Shown in pieces: positions 29,271-39,872 of a stretch of DNA of 64,000 bases. Within the stretch, counting starts at the first letter, position 1. Every line of letters begins with the position of its first letter. The position numbers were made by a program, and so were the translations under genes. Origin of the DNA: an uncultured SAR116 cluster alpha proteobacterium (lineage in GTDB: Bacteria; Pseudomonadota; Alphaproteobacteria; Puniceispirillales; Puniceispirillaceae). Location of the stretch: NCBI GenBank assembly GCA_902622515.1, contig CACNQE010000008.1, forward strand, positions 15,509 through 79,508, written 5' to 3'. The notes below the pieces were generated by a model. The model worked only from the letters and a program-made list of their open reading frames with translations, did no database searches and was not told where the DNA came from.

Positions 29271-30131
29271 TCATTTTTTGATATTTGCAATAAGTTCAGG
29301 GTCAAGTCGTTTATCTAGCCAGTTTATTCTCCAATCTAAGTGTGCTCCAGTCGAACGTCCAGTGGAGCCAACCGTACCTATCCTCTCCCCCCTATTAATA
29401 TTTTCTCCTTTTTGAACAGTTACTGTTTGAAGATGTGAGTAAGTGCTAGAAACATAGTCGCCATGTGAGATGATAATTGTCCAACCAGAAAAATATAAAT
29501 TCTCCACCATAACAACATGTCCAGATGCAGATGCTGTAACAGGTGTGCCAGCAGGAGCTCCTATATCAATACCAAAATGAGGTTGTCTGGACTTTCCATT
29601 TAAAATACGTTGGCTTCCATAGACACCTGTTATAATACCATTAAGGGGCCAGTCAAAACCATTCCTGAAATATTCAGTTGAATTACCTTTAATAGATCGC
29701 GCCTCTTTAACCATCTTACTTTCAATGGAAATTCGGTTCAGGGTGTTCTCGGGAGGTGTTACCATTTTATTTGGTAATTGATCAATTTTTTGTATTTTAT
29801 AATTTCGCCTCGTAGGTTTGAGTTCTATTGAAAATTGCGAACCATCTTGGCAGATTCCCGTTATGATTCTCACAGCTTGGTCATCTCTATGAAACCCAAC
29901 AACAAATCCACTCTCCTGATTTAAAGATACTAGTTTACTGTCTAGCTTAATCTTTGTCGCTTTCTTTGAATCGAAAAAAATTAACCCTCCTTGAATCGGC
30001 TCTCCTCTAATTACGCTGATGCATGCGTTTGCAGATTTGAAAGAAAATAAAAGACCTATAGAAAAAATAGATATCAAAATCACTAAATTATATAAAGTTT
30101 GCTTGAAGCAATCTGGGGTTATAGTTACCAT
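29271..30131 (-). CDS. M23-family peptidoglycan metalloendopeptidase
   Basis: N-terminal TM helix, then HFGIDIGAPAGTPV, SSTYSHL and GSTGRSTGAHLDW (the HxxxD and HxH-type M23 motifs). Confidence 0.8.
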   Translation of the reverse strand: MVTITPDCFKQTLYNLVILISIFSIGLLFSFKSANACISVIRGEPIQGGLIFFDSKKATKIKLDSKLVSLNQESGFVVGFHRDDQAVRIITGICQDGSQFSIELKPTRRNYKIQKIDQLPNKMVTPPENTLNRISIESKMVKEARSIKGNSTEYFRNGFDWPLNGIITGVYGSQRILNGKSRQPHFGIDIGAPAGTPVTASASGHVVMVENLYFSGWTIIISHGDYVSSTYSHLQTVTVQKGENINRGERIGTVGSTGRSTGAHLDWRINWLDKRLDPELIANIKK

Positions 30132-30198
30132 AGCAGTAAAATTTCCGTGATTTGGACTTTAAAGCGATTTCCAAAATAATATTTTAAGATAGTTGATT

Positions 30199-31137
30199 AT
30201 GACACATTTGCATGAAAAAATAATAATTATTGGTGCAGGTGCTGCTGGATATACGGCAGCGATATATGCTGCTAGAGCAAATTTATCCCCAGTTATTCTT
30301 GCTGGACTGCAACCTGGCGGCCAACTTACGATCACTACTGACGTTGAAAATTATCCCGGATTTTCAGACGTGATTCAGGGTCCATGGTTAATGCAGGAAA
30401 TGCAGAAGCAGGCAGAAAAAGTTGGTGCTCGAGTAGTATATGATATTGCGACTTCAATAAATGCTTCATCAAGCCCAATGCAAATCAGCCTTGATGGAGG
30501 GGATATTTTAACAGCTGAATCTATTGTGATTGCTACTGGTGCGCAAGCCCGGTGGCTTGGGCTGGAAAGTGAAACAATTTTTAATGGGAGGGGTGTTTCT
30601 GCATGCGCAACATGCGATGGATTTTTTTATAAAGACCGCGATGTTGTGGTTATTGGAGGTGGAAATACAGCAGTAGAAGAAGCCCTATATTTGTCAAATT
30701 TATGTAAGTCAGTAACTTTAATCCATCGTCGTGACACACTCCGCGCCGAGCAAATCCTTCAGGAACGTATTTTTAAACAGCCTAATATTTCTGTAGAATG
30801 GAATTATACGGTAACAGAAATATTAGGCAATGACGATGGCGTAAATGCAGTCTCTCTTAAATCTACAAAAAATGATGATGAAAAGAAAATTAGCACACAT
30901 GGAGTATTCGTGGCAATTGGACACGACCCTGCAACAAAGCCCTTCAAGAATATACTAGAGTTAGATGATGAAGGATATATTAAGGTTAAATCTGGTACAA
31001 CATTAACTTCAAAAAGCGGTATATTTGCTGCTGGGGATTGTGTTGATAAGGTATATCGACAGGCTGTAACGGCTGCTGGAATGGGTTGTATGGCGGCATT
31101 AGATGCAGAAAAATACTTAGCCTCTATACATTACTAA
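30199..31137 (+). CDS. trxB: Thioredoxin-disulfide reductase
   Basis: IIIGAGAAGYTAAIYAAR, the redox-active CATCDG motif, VVIGGGNTAVEEA and GIFAAGD. I chose the ATG at 30199; the track starts at the TTG at 30193. Confidence 0.9.
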   Translation: MTHLHEKIIIIGAGAAGYTAAIYAARANLSPVILAGLQPGGQLTITTDVENYPGFSDVIQGPWLMQEMQKQAEKVGARVVYDIATSINASSSPMQISLDGGDILTAESIVIATGAQARWLGLESETIFNGRGVSACATCDGFFYKDRDVVVIGGGNTAVEEALYLSNLCKSVTLIHRRDTLRAEQILQERIFKQPNISVEWNYTVTEILGNDDGVNAVSLKSTKNDDEKKISTHGVFVAIGHDPATKPFKNILELDDEGYIKVKSGTTLTSKSGIFAAGDCVDKVYRQAVTAAGMGCMAALDAEKYLASIHY

Positions 31138-31179
31138 ATAAAGGGTTTTCATTGGAGTATTACTTCAAAAGTAGGCTTC

Positions 31180-32403
31180 TTAAGCTGTAGCTGGTTCTCT
31201 AAACTTTGGGATCTGAATAAAGAAATTAATGGCACTCGCAAAAATACCGGCACAAATAGCAATACTCCACATTGTAAGATAGCTACCAGATGAATCATAG
31301 ATATAACCAGCATACCAAGCTCCAAAAAATGAGCCTACCTGATGAGACAAGAATACTATCCCGTATAACATGGTAACATGCTTTGGTCCAAAAAATACCA
31401 CAACTAGTCCACTCGTAAGGGGAACGGTACCCAGCCATAAAAGTCCTATTGCTGCTCCAAAAAACAATGCCATAACGGAAGAAGGTGGCATAAATACAAA
31501 TAAAGCAATAACAATTGACCTAAGTAGATAAATACATGAAAGAAGGTTTTTTTTAGAATACTTTCCTCCTAAATATCCGGCTGTAAACGAGCCAATAATA
31601 TTAAATAATCCCACAAGTGCGAGGGCCCAGCCTCCAGTGGACTTACTCAACCCAATATCTATGATATATGTTGGAAGATGCGTTGCGATAAATGCAACAT
31701 GTAATCCACACACAAAAAAGCCGGTTGTTAGTAATAAGTAATTCTTATCTTTAAAAGCAGCTGATAGAGCTTGCTTCGCAGTAATTGTATCTGCAAGCTC
31801 TGCCGATGAAGTGCGTTGTCCTTTCGGCACTCTTAGGCCGAATGAAAAAACAGTAACAAAAGCAATACAAATAGCAAGCACTACATAAGCTAATTGCCAT
31901 CCAAAGTTGGATAAAAGAGCTTGGCTAAATGGTAACATCATAAACTGTCCAAAAGAACCTATGGCTGTAACCAATCCAAGTGCAATTCCAGTTTTTTCTT
32001 TTGGAGCCACCTTAGCAACGGCACCTAAAGCAACGGACATACCAGCGCTTGCAAGTGCCATTCCTACTAAAATCTGTCCTATAATTAGAGTTGTAGGGTT
32101 TAAAAAACCAGCCATAAGAAGTAAACCAAGTATATAGAACAAACCACCAGCCAAACAAACGCGGGCTGGGCCATATTTATCTGCCATTGCTCCAAAAACT
32201 GGCGCTGCAATTCCCCAGGTTAAATTTTGAAGTGCAATTGCAAGTGAAAATAAGGTCCTACCCTCGCCAAGCACATCGCTAACAGGTAATAAAAATAAGC
32301 CAAAACTTTGTCGTATGCCCATTCCAACAGAAATGATAATTCCACTTGAAATTAGAACAACAACCCAATTTAACTTTGGTGAGTGAGTTGGATAAAGGGA
32401 CAC
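31180..32403 (-). CDS. MFS transporter
   Basis: Twelve predicted TM helices and a GAMADKYGPAR-type MFS loop motif. Substrate unknown. Confidence 0.8.
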   Translation of the reverse strand: MSLYPTHSPKLNWVVVLISSGIIISVGMGIRQSFGLFLLPVSDVLGEGRTLFSLAIALQNLTWGIAAPVFGAMADKYGPARVCLAGGLFYILGLLLMAGFLNPTTLIIGQILVGMALASAGMSVALGAVAKVAPKEKTGIALGLVTAIGSFGQFMMLPFSQALLSNFGWQLAYVVLAICIAFVTVFSFGLRVPKGQRTSSAELADTITAKQALSAAFKDKNYLLLTTGFFVCGLHVAFIATHLPTYIIDIGLSKSTGGWALALVGLFNIIGSFTAGYLGGKYSKKNLLSCIYLLRSIVIALFVFMPPSSVMALFFGAAIGLLWLGTVPLTSGLVVVFFGPKHVTMLYGIVFLSHQVGSFFGAWYAGYIYDSSGSYLTMWSIAICAGIFASAINFFIQIPKFREPATA

Positions 32404-32465
32404 AAAAAAGCCTATCTAAAATAAAGATTTAATCAACCCACATTCACAAAATAAATAAAACCTGT

Positions 32466-33410
32466 CTAGTAAATTTTCTGAGAGGAATTTATTTGATGTT
32501 GCTTTGATTTTAGCTCTCTTTTAGATCTTTCAATATTTTGGATTACTGAAGATACATATTCTGCAATTGTTTTGCTATCTTTACCGCTATCACAAAATGT
32601 AATGCCTCTAGATGAATTGACAATTCCACCTTGATAGATTTTTTGTTCTTTAGAATAATTTAATCCACAAAGTGCCATCGATGCGTCCGCCCCCTGCGCT
32701 CCAAATCCAGGTATAAGAAAAGGACAAGATGGTAAAACACCTCTTAAAAACGAAGCCACTGATGGATTTGTCGCTCCAACTACCACCCCTATAGAGGACC
32801 ATCCTGTTTTTCCGTTATGTGAATTAATAATTGGGGAAAGCCTATCTGCTAAATGTTGGTAGATTGGCTTATTTTGGTAACATAATTCCTGTAAATCGGA
32901 AGAACCTGGATTGCTAGTCTTGAGAAGAATAAATAAACCATTATTCCCTTTTTTAGCTTTTTCTATAAAAGGTTCCAATGTATCAAGCCCAAGAAATGGA
33001 TTGACGGTAAGAGCATCACAATAAAAAGCTGCATTTTCACCAAGCCAGGCATCTGCATATGCGGCAGATGTTGAGCCAATATCACCTCTTTTTGCATCCA
33101 TAATTGCCAGTAAACCGGCACTCCTTGCATTCTTGCCAATTTGCTGAAGAACTTCCATTCCTTCGGGTCCAAATTTCTCAAATAAAGCAACTTGTGGTTT
33201 TATCGCGGGGACTCGATTTTGTGCTGCATCTATACAAGACAATGAAAAAGATTTTATTTTATCTATCTGCTGCTTTCTATTAGGACTTTTAAAAAATTCT
33301 GGCATTAAAGAAATATGGGGGTCTATACCAACGCATAAAGGCGTTTCAAATTTTTTAAGTGCTATTGATAGTCTATCTCCAAACGGTTGTTTGTGCTTGT
33401 AATCCATCAT
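32466..33410 (-). CDS. pyrF: Orotidine 5'-phosphate decarboxylase (long, type 2)
   Basis: LCVGIDPH, MDAKRGDIGSTSAAYA, LTVNPFLG and PGFGAQG motifs. Confidence 0.85.
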   Translation of the reverse strand: MMDYKHKQPFGDRLSIALKKFETPLCVGIDPHISLMPEFFKSPNRKQQIDKIKSFSLSCIDAAQNRVPAIKPQVALFEKFGPEGMEVLQQIGKNARSAGLLAIMDAKRGDIGSTSAAYADAWLGENAAFYCDALTVNPFLGLDTLEPFIEKAKKGNNGLFILLKTSNPGSSDLQELCYQNKPIYQHLADRLSPIINSHNGKTGWSSIGVVVGATNPSVASFLRGVLPSCPFLIPGFGAQGADASMALCGLNYSKEQKIYQGGIVNSSRGITFCDSGKDSKTIAEYVSSVIQNIERSKRELKSKQHQINSSQKIY

Positions 33411-33416
33411 AAAAAC

Positions 33417-33698
33417 TTAAATATCCTGGTTTGTGTTTGGTATTTCAATTAACCCAACAGCCGCTCGGTAACTTGATAATAAAATATCCTGTTCTGCGAG
33501 AACTTCTTTATCGAGCCCTCGCATTTTAATTATCTGACGCATAATTTTGGGCTCAAAACCAGTCGCGCGAGCTTCTGAGTATATATCACGTATGTCTGCC
33601 ATAAGTGCCCTTTTATCTTCTTCCAAGCGCTCTATACGCTCAATAAATTGTGATAGTTGATTTACGCTTGTTTTAGCAGATGGTGTTAACTCAGGCAT
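33417..33698 (-). CDS. gapR: GapR-like nucleoid-associated protein (DUF2312/UPF0335)
   Basis: QLSQFIERIERLEEDKRALMADIRDIYSEARATGFEPKIMRQIIKMR is the DUF2312 signature. It starts 6 nt after the upstream... it lies 6 nt upstream of pyrF. Confidence 0.8.
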   Translation of the reverse strand: MPELTPSAKTSVNQLSQFIERIERLEEDKRALMADIRDIYSEARATGFEPKIMRQIIKMRGLDKEVLAEQDILLSSYRAAVGLIEIPNTNQDI

Positions 33699-33737
33699 AC
33701 TTAAAAACCCTTTTTCGATTTATAAATTTTTCTAACT

Positions 33738-34016
33738 TTAGATTTCATTTTCAGTTTGATAATTTTTTTTCCATTCAGAGTAGGGCATCCCATAAATAAT
33801 AGCTCTTGCTTCTTCTTTGGATAAAGGGATATCTTTTTCGGTAGCAGCATCTTGATACCAACCTGAAAGACAATTTCTACAAAATCCTGCTAAATTCATA
33901 AGATCAATATTTTGAACATCTGTTCTTTTTCTAAGATGTTCTAAAAGTTGGCGAAACGCCGCTGCTTGGCATTCGATTTCTTTTTGGTTAAACTGGATAC
34001 TAATTTTTTTATTCAT
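33738..34016 (-). CDS. DUF1244-family protein
   Basis: ECQAAAFRQLLEHLRKRTDVQNIDLMNLAGFCRNCLSGWY matches DUF1244. I chose the internal start MNKK at 34016. Confidence 0.75.
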   Translation of the reverse strand: MNKKISIQFNQKEIECQAAAFRQLLEHLRKRTDVQNIDLMNLAGFCRNCLSGWYQDAATEKDIPLSKEEARAIIYGMPYSEWKKNYQTENEI

Positions 34017-34213
34017 AGTATAGATTCCTGGTAAAAAGTGCATGTGAGTGTAATATTATGATGCCACAATATCATATTTTGATAACTTATGTGATTAATT
34101 CATCCTGATTTGCGCTAAAACATTAAAAAGATTTTATGGAGAAGAGACTTAAAAAACTTTGCTAATACTGATAAGTTTTTATATTGTTGTTTTGTATCAA
34201 ACAAGAGGCATGA

Positions 34214-34645
34214 ATGAAAAAAGAGCCCCTAATTACTGAAGCTCAAAGTGCAGACAAGTTTGAGCGTATAAGACGCGCACACCAATCGGAAATTGCAGAA
34301 GATTATGTTGAGATGATTTCAGATTTAATCGACGAAACAGGAGAAGCTCGGGCCGTGGATTTGGCATCACGTTTTGGTGTTACTAGTCCAACGGTGAATG
34401 CAACCATTCAAAGGCTACAAAAAGAAGGTCTTGTTGAGAGCAAGCCGTATCGGTCAATTTTTTTAACTGAAACAGGTGTTAAATTAGCAGAAGCTAGCCG
34501 TAAGAAGCATCAAGTTGTTCGTGATTTTCTAATTGCTATTGGAGTTAATGATGATGTTGCAGAACAGGACGCAGAGGGTGTGGAACATCACGTGAGTGAG
34601 GAGACATTGTCTAAATTCAAAGAATTTCTTAAGATAAAGTCATGA
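34214..34645 (+). CDS. mntR: DtxR/MntR-family metal-dependent transcriptional regulator
   Basis: EDYVEMISDLIDETGEARAVDLASRFGVTSPTVNATIQRLQKEGLV (winged HTH), plus a metal/dimerisation domain with EHHVS. No SH3-like domain is present. Confidence 0.75.
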   Translation: MKKEPLITEAQSADKFERIRRAHQSEIAEDYVEMISDLIDETGEARAVDLASRFGVTSPTVNATIQRLQKEGLVESKPYRSIFLTETGVKLAEASRKKHQVVRDFLIAIGVNDDVAEQDAEGVEHHVSEETLSKFKEFLKIKS

Positions 34646-34700
34646 GGTTTTGTTGAACCTGAAAAATTTCCAAAGTAAAATTTTAACCAAGATGGTTTTA

Positions 34701-36194
34701 TTAATTACTTCCCAGATAGAAATAGTAATTTCTATATTTATCTCTGGCAATTTGATGATTAGAGGTTCCCATCAAACCATTCCACTGAACACCAGCTATT
34801 GATGGCTCAATTTGGTCTGTAGTTATTGCAATAATTGGTGAGGGGAATTCACTATTATAGCTAAATTTAAGTTCAAAATGGTTACCAGGTTTTTTGTCAT
34901 CATCATAGATTGTAATATTTACAGGTTCATTAAAAAAGTACCACTTTAAAATAGCAGCGGTTGCCCTTCTATCAGCGATAATTGTCCTTGCCTCGGTTAA
35001 ATCAATTTGCATGCCAAGGTCCGTTGATAGTGCATTCCATCCTCTAACTCGCCTCAATGGGTCAGATTCAGGTGTAAGTTTTCCTAAATGACCAGTAATG
35101 ACCACGCTAATTACTGTAATGGATATAACAGAGTTAACAAAAATAGTTATTGCACCGAATGTTTGCTTCGAAAAATTACCAAGCCAGCCGGCCACCATTA
35201 AAGTTGCAGCGGGATATGCAGCAACAGCCCAATTAGCATTTGCTTCTTTTATGTAGGCTTGAATAGATATAATTAATAGAATAGGGAGACTAAAACAGAG
35301 TAAAAATAAGTTATGTTTTTCCCATTTAAACATTCCTACAAAAAAGAAAATCAGACTGAGAGGACCGAATACAAAGAATTGTGCTTCCCAGAATTTTTTC
35401 AATTCAATGAAAGAATAAGATGGTTGACTTATATTAGCATTCTCAGACAAATGTATAATTGTCACTAAGCCATTATTCAAATTCCAGATAAGATTAGGAG
35501 ATAGTATTATAATACTACCAATAGTTAATGTTACAAAACACAAAAATCTTTTTGAATATGATGATACATGAGCTGACATTAACCAAAGACCTGCGCAAAT
35601 GAGGAAGTATCCAGCTGCATATTTGGAAAGTAGAGCGAAGCCTATTATGAAACCAGTGAGTAGATAATTTCGTGCGGATAGATATGTCACAGAATTTGAG
35701 GGTAGAATTAAGTATAATGCTAAGCACCAAAAAAATAACATTGGTGTATCCGTTGACATGATCGAGCTACCTAGACTGACAGCTGGCATAAGTGCCCATA
35801 ATAATGCTGTTATTCTTCCAATTCTTGGAGCCGTTGGAGAGTCATCATATAAACGACATGCGCATCTCCATAGGGTTAGTGTAATGAAAAAATGTATTAT
35901 CGGTGCAAATATTCTAACGCCAAAACTGCTATGTCCTATAGCTGCGTGGGTAATCCATATAATCCAAGCTATCAATGGTGGTTTTGAATAATATCCCAAT
36001 GATAAGTCCTGACTCCAAACCCAATATTGAGCTTCATCGACGCCGAGTTCCAGTGGAGTTACATAAATGGCAAAAAGGCGGAGGGTCAGTAAGCAAATTA
36101 AAGTAATTAATGTGAATATGTCCGCATTTGTCCAATCATAAGATGAATGAACCTTATTTCTTTGCATTAAATTAGTTTGAAACCGAGTAACCAT
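34701..36194 (-). CDS. GT-C fold glycosyltransferase, family 39 (ArnT/PMT_2-like)
   Basis: About 12 TM helices. The first periplasmic loop reads GVDEAQYWVWSQ..GYYSKPPL (the D-E motif of ArnT-like enzymes). A soluble C-terminal domain follows. Confidence 0.8.
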   Translation of the reverse strand: MVTRFQTNLMQRNKVHSSYDWTNADIFTLITLICLLTLRLFAIYVTPLELGVDEAQYWVWSQDLSLGYYSKPPLIAWIIWITHAAIGHSSFGVRIFAPIIHFFITLTLWRCACRLYDDSPTAPRIGRITALLWALMPAVSLGSSIMSTDTPMLFFWCLALYLILPSNSVTYLSARNYLLTGFIIGFALLSKYAAGYFLICAGLWLMSAHVSSYSKRFLCFVTLTIGSIIILSPNLIWNLNNGLVTIIHLSENANISQPSYSFIELKKFWEAQFFVFGPLSLIFFFVGMFKWEKHNLFLLCFSLPILLIISIQAYIKEANANWAVAAYPAATLMVAGWLGNFSKQTFGAITIFVNSVISITVISVVITGHLGKLTPESDPLRRVRGWNALSTDLGMQIDLTEARTIIADRRATAAILKWYFFNEPVNITIYDDDKKPGNHFELKFSYNSEFPSPIIAITTDQIEPSIAGVQWNGLMGTSNHQIARDKYRNYYFYLGSN

Positions 36195-36388
36195 AATTTT
36201 TGTCTTAGTATTTGCTTTAAAAGGTTTAATAAAAAATAATGAAATTTATATTGATAATGCCTTTTTTAAAAATAATTTTAATGTTCACATGAAAATAAGA
36301 TAAAATCAAATTAGCTTTTAAAATTAAATGAGTTCTAATTTTAATAACGTATTTTTTTTTAAATTTTTAAATCCATCGGTGAGTTTTT

Positions 36389-36808
36389 ATGAAAAAGAGT
36401 ATTTCAATTGAGATAAACGAGATAATAGAGGAATTTTCATTTTTTGATGATTGGGCTGATAGGTACCAACATTTAATTGATCTTGGAAGAAAGTTGCCTG
36501 TTATTCCTACTGAATATCAAAAAGACGAATATAAGTTGACAGGTTGCCAGTCTACGGTATTTTTTGTAGCTGATAAGACAGATGAAAATATGATAGAGTT
36601 TAGAGCACAGTCTGATGCTGCAATAGTACAAGGTCTTATTGCGCTAATTCTTCGAGTTTATTCAGGCCGTACCTCTAATGAAATTTTAAATACGAGCCCT
36701 GATTTTCTGAAACAAATTGGGCTTGATACGCATTTATCACCCACACGAAAAAATGGTTTAGGTGCAATGATTTCAAAAATCAAATCATCTGCAGTTGAAT
36801 TAAACTAA
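36389..36808 (+). CDS. sufE: SufE-family sulfur acceptor protein
   Basis: DRYQHLIDLG..LP and the active-site context LTGCQSTVFF, plus SDAAIVQGL and the THLSPTRKNGL motif. Confidence 0.85.
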   Translation: MKKSISIEINEIIEEFSFFDDWADRYQHLIDLGRKLPVIPTEYQKDEYKLTGCQSTVFFVADKTDENMIEFRAQSDAAIVQGLIALILRVYSGRTSNEILNTSPDFLKQIGLDTHLSPTRKNGLGAMISKIKSSAVELN

Positions 36809-36889
36809 AATATTTGGTCTTTAGGTATATCTTACTGTGAAAAGTTTAAACTCCTTGGAATTTGTTTCTTCATCAAATAGCTTTTTAAA

Positions 36890-37882
36890 TTAATTTGTCT
36901 CTCGTTCCGCTCTTGGAGTGCATCCGTAGCTCTCACGATAGCATTTTGAAAAATGTGAAGCGGAAATAAATCCACAAGCAAGGGCAACGGATAAAATCGA
37001 CATTGAAGTTTGACGGAGAAAATATCGGGCTCTTGCCAGACGCAAATTCAGATAGTGTCTAGTAGGAGTTATTTGCATATACTTTTTAAATAATCGCTCT
37101 AATTGTCGAGTCGATAGTTTAGCCTGTTCCGCAAGTTCGGTTTGAGATAGCGGCTCCTCTAAATTTGCCTCCATATTAGCAACTACCATTAAAAGTTTAG
37201 GATGAGATACACCAAGTCGAGAACGTAATTCAATTCGTTGACGATCATTACCATCTCGGATTCTATCATGAATGAAAGTTTCGGAAATTTCTGCTGCTAA
37301 TTTTGCTCCATGGGCGTGTGAAATTAAATATAACATCATATCAAGTGCCGCTGTACCCCCACAACAGGTTATGTGTGTTCCATCAATCTCAAACAGGTTG
37401 TTAGTAATATCTAGGTGCGGGAATTCTTCCCGCATCGCATCAATATTTTCCCAATGAATTGTACATCTTTTTTCATTTAGCATCCCTGCTTTTGCTAGAA
37501 CAAAAGTTCCACTGCAAATCGCGCCCACGGTAATACCATTACGCTCTAATTTTCTTACTATCGAGATTGTGGTCTTATCTGTGTGTTTTTCTACATTCGT
37601 GCCACTGCAAATCAAAACAAATCTGCATTTAAATAAATCGTTAATGTCCCCACTTACAGACACCTCTAGGCCCGTTGATGACTCAACACTTTTATTAGAT
37701 ATATGAGTGGTTACCCAACTGAATAGCGGTTTTTCACTCAACCGGTTTGCCGCACGTAGCGGTTCTACCGCAGCTGAAAAAGCGAGTAACGAAAAATCTT
37801 TCAACATAAAAAACCCTACCCTGACCGTTTCAGAATCAGAACGAGGTCTCAACAGTTCCTTAATTATTTCGCCCCTCAACAA
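36890..37882 (-). CDS. GlxA/GbdR-type AraC-family regulator (DJ-1/PfpI-like domain plus HTH_AraC)
   Basis: The N-terminal GATase1-like domain (VGFFMLKDFSLLAFSAAVEPLRAAN, GAICSGTFVLAKAG) is fused to a C-terminal AraC HTH (LSVALACGFISASHFSKCYRESYGCTP). Confidence 0.8.
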   Translation of the reverse strand: MLRGEIIKELLRPRSDSETVRVGFFMLKDFSLLAFSAAVEPLRAANRLSEKPLFSWVTTHISNKSVESSTGLEVSVSGDINDLFKCRFVLICSGTNVEKHTDKTTISIVRKLERNGITVGAICSGTFVLAKAGMLNEKRCTIHWENIDAMREEFPHLDITNNLFEIDGTHITCCGGTAALDMMLYLISHAHGAKLAAEISETFIHDRIRDGNDRQRIELRSRLGVSHPKLLMVVANMEANLEEPLSQTELAEQAKLSTRQLERLFKKYMQITPTRHYLNLRLARARYFLRQTSMSILSVALACGFISASHFSKCYRESYGCTPRAERETN

Positions 37883-38125
37883 AAACCTCCTAGTTGCAAG
37901 TTAATAAGTTGTTTCATTACCTTGTAGTTTAGTAAAGTGACTCTATAATCTTAATAATTTATTATTGCATGATAAATATAATTCTAAGGGCGCTTTTTGA
38001 TTACTTCATGTCGAATAAAAAACGTCAATGAATAGTAAAGAGCTTACACCCGAAGTATGCAAAATAAAAACTAATTTTTATTTTGTAAAATCTATTCTAG
38101 TTCAATCCTACTAGAGGAAATATAA

Positions 38126-39793
38126 ATGAGTGATATAGAAATTGCCCGTAGTGCAACTTTAAAGCCGATTTCCGAGATTGCGGATAGTCTTAATATACCA
38201 AGTAAAGTAGTGATGCCCTTAGGTTATGACAAAGCGAAATTGAACCTTGAATGGTTAGATGAGCAACCTAAGAAGGATGATTCTAAACTTATATTGGTTA
38301 CTGCAATAAATCCTACACCTGCTGGCGAAGGTAAAACCACGACGTCTGTAGGACTAGGAGATGGTTTAAACCGAATTGGGAAAAAAGCAATTATCTGCCT
38401 TCGTGAACCTTCTCTTGGTCCCTGTTTTGGTATGAAAGGGGGCGCTGCAGGGGGTGGTTATTCTCAAGTTGTGCCAATGGAGGATATTAACCTGCATTTT
38501 ACGGGGGACTTTCATGCTATTACTTCTGCCCATAATTTACTCTCAGCTATGATTGATAATCATATTTATTGGGGAAATGAGCTAAATATTGATATTAGAA
38601 GAATTGCGTGGCGGCGCGTAATTGATATGAATGACCGAGCATTGAGGATGAATACAATATCTCTTGGCGGCATTGCAAATGGATTCCCAAGGGAATCTGG
38701 ATTTGATATTACTGTAGCTTCTGAGATTATGGCTATTTTGTGCCTTTCGAATGACCTTAAGGATCTAAGGCTGAGACTAGGTAATATAATAATTGGATAT
38801 CGCCGTGATAAATCTGCCGTTTATTGCAGGGATATCAGGGCAGATGGCGCAATGACAGTGCTACTAAAAAATGCTTTGCAGCCAAATTTAGTTCAAACAT
38901 TAGAATCAAATCCCGCTCTCATCCATGGTGGACCCTTTGCAAATATTGCACATGGATGTAATTCTGTCATTGCAACAAAAGCTGCACTAAAGTTGGTAGA
39001 TTATGTTGTCACTGAGGCTGGTTTTGGTGCCGACTTAGGAGCAGAGAAATTCTTTGATATAAAATGTCGCAAATCTGGATTGACTCCATCTTGCGTTGTC
39101 CTTGTAGCCACTGCAAGAGCTCTTAAAATGAACGGTGGTGTTAGTAAGGAAGATTTAAAAAATGAGAATTTAGATGCGGTTCAGAGGGGGAGTTCTAACC
39201 TTATAAGGCATCTTGAAAATATTCGTAAGTTTGGTGTTCCAGTTGTTGTAGCAATAAACCATTTTTTGACTGACACGAATAATGAAATTGAACTTATAAA
39301 GAAAATTGTCCATAAAGTTGGCGTGCAGGCTGTTGAGTGCAAGCACTGGGCTAACGGTTCAAAAGGAATAGAAGAACTAGCAAAAAAGGTGGTTGAAGTC
39401 TGTGATAATGAAGAGGCAGATTTCAAATATCTTTATACAGATTCAATGCCGCTTATTGAAAAAATAAAAAAGATCGCAACTGAAATATACCATGCAGATG
39501 AGGTTGTAACTGACAAGAAAATTCTGAAACAACTCACTGAATGGGAAGAGAATGGTTTTGGTGATTTACCAGTTTGCATGGCGAAGACACAATATTCTTT
39601 TTCTGCTGATCCGGGGTTGCTCGGTGCACCTGAAGGTCATAGTTTGCCCATACGTGAGGTAAGATTATGTGCTGGCGCAGGATTTATAGTTGTTGTATGT
39701 GGAGATATCATGACTATGCCAGGGCTGCCTCGTGCTCCCGCGGCTGAGATGATAGACATTAGTGATCAAGGGCAGGTTACAGGTCTCTTTTAA
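38126..39793 (+). CDS. fhs: Formate--tetrahydrofolate ligase
   Basis: [53 protein letters not shown] and [10 protein letters not shown]. Confidence 0.95.
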   Translation: MSDIEIARSATLKPISEIADSLNIPSKVVMPLGYDKAKLNLEWLDEQPKKDDSKLILVTAINPTPAGEGKTTTSVGLGDGLNRIGKKAIICLREPSLGPCFGMKGGAAGGGYSQVVPMEDINLHFTGDFHAITSAHNLLSAMIDNHIYWGNELNIDIRRIAWRRVIDMNDRALRMNTISLGGIANGFPRESGFDITVASEIMAILCLSNDLKDLRLRLGNIIIGYRRDKSAVYCRDIRADGAMTVLLKNALQPNLVQTLESNPALIHGGPFANIAHGCNSVIATKAALKLVDYVVTEAGFGADLGAEKFFDIKCRKSGLTPSCVVLVATARALKMNGGVSKEDLKNENLDAVQRGSSNLIRHLENIRKFGVPVVVAINHFLTDTNNEIELIKKIVHKVGVQAVECKHWANGSKGIEELAKKVVEVCDNEEADFKYLYTDSMPLIEKIKKIATEIYHADEVVTDKKILKQLTEWEENGFGDLPVCMAKTQYSFSADPGLLGAPEGHSLPIREVRLCAGAGFIVVVCGDIMTMPGLPRAPAAEMIDISDQGQVTGLF

Positions 39794-39872
39794 TTGAGTT
39801 AATCTAACGAGGCCGATAAATATTAGTTTGCAAGCTAGGTTGATAGTGTTTAGTTTGGTATGTGGTAGTATA

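Noticed and set aside
34057-34076. Inverted repeat tatgat-N8-atcata between the DUF1244 gene and mntR, as a candidate MntR operator
   Set aside because: The arms are only 6 bp, in very AT-rich DNA, and it does not resemble the metal-regulator boxes I know. Chance occurrence is likely.
37883-38125. Possible ZTP (pfl) riboswitch or other leader RNA upstream of fhs
   Set aside because: I read the region on the fhs strand and found none of the conserved GGGUCGUGACUGGCG / CCGCCUGGGC-type pfl elements and no GC-rich pairing. The region is simply AT-rich promoter DNA. A covariance-model scan would be definitive.
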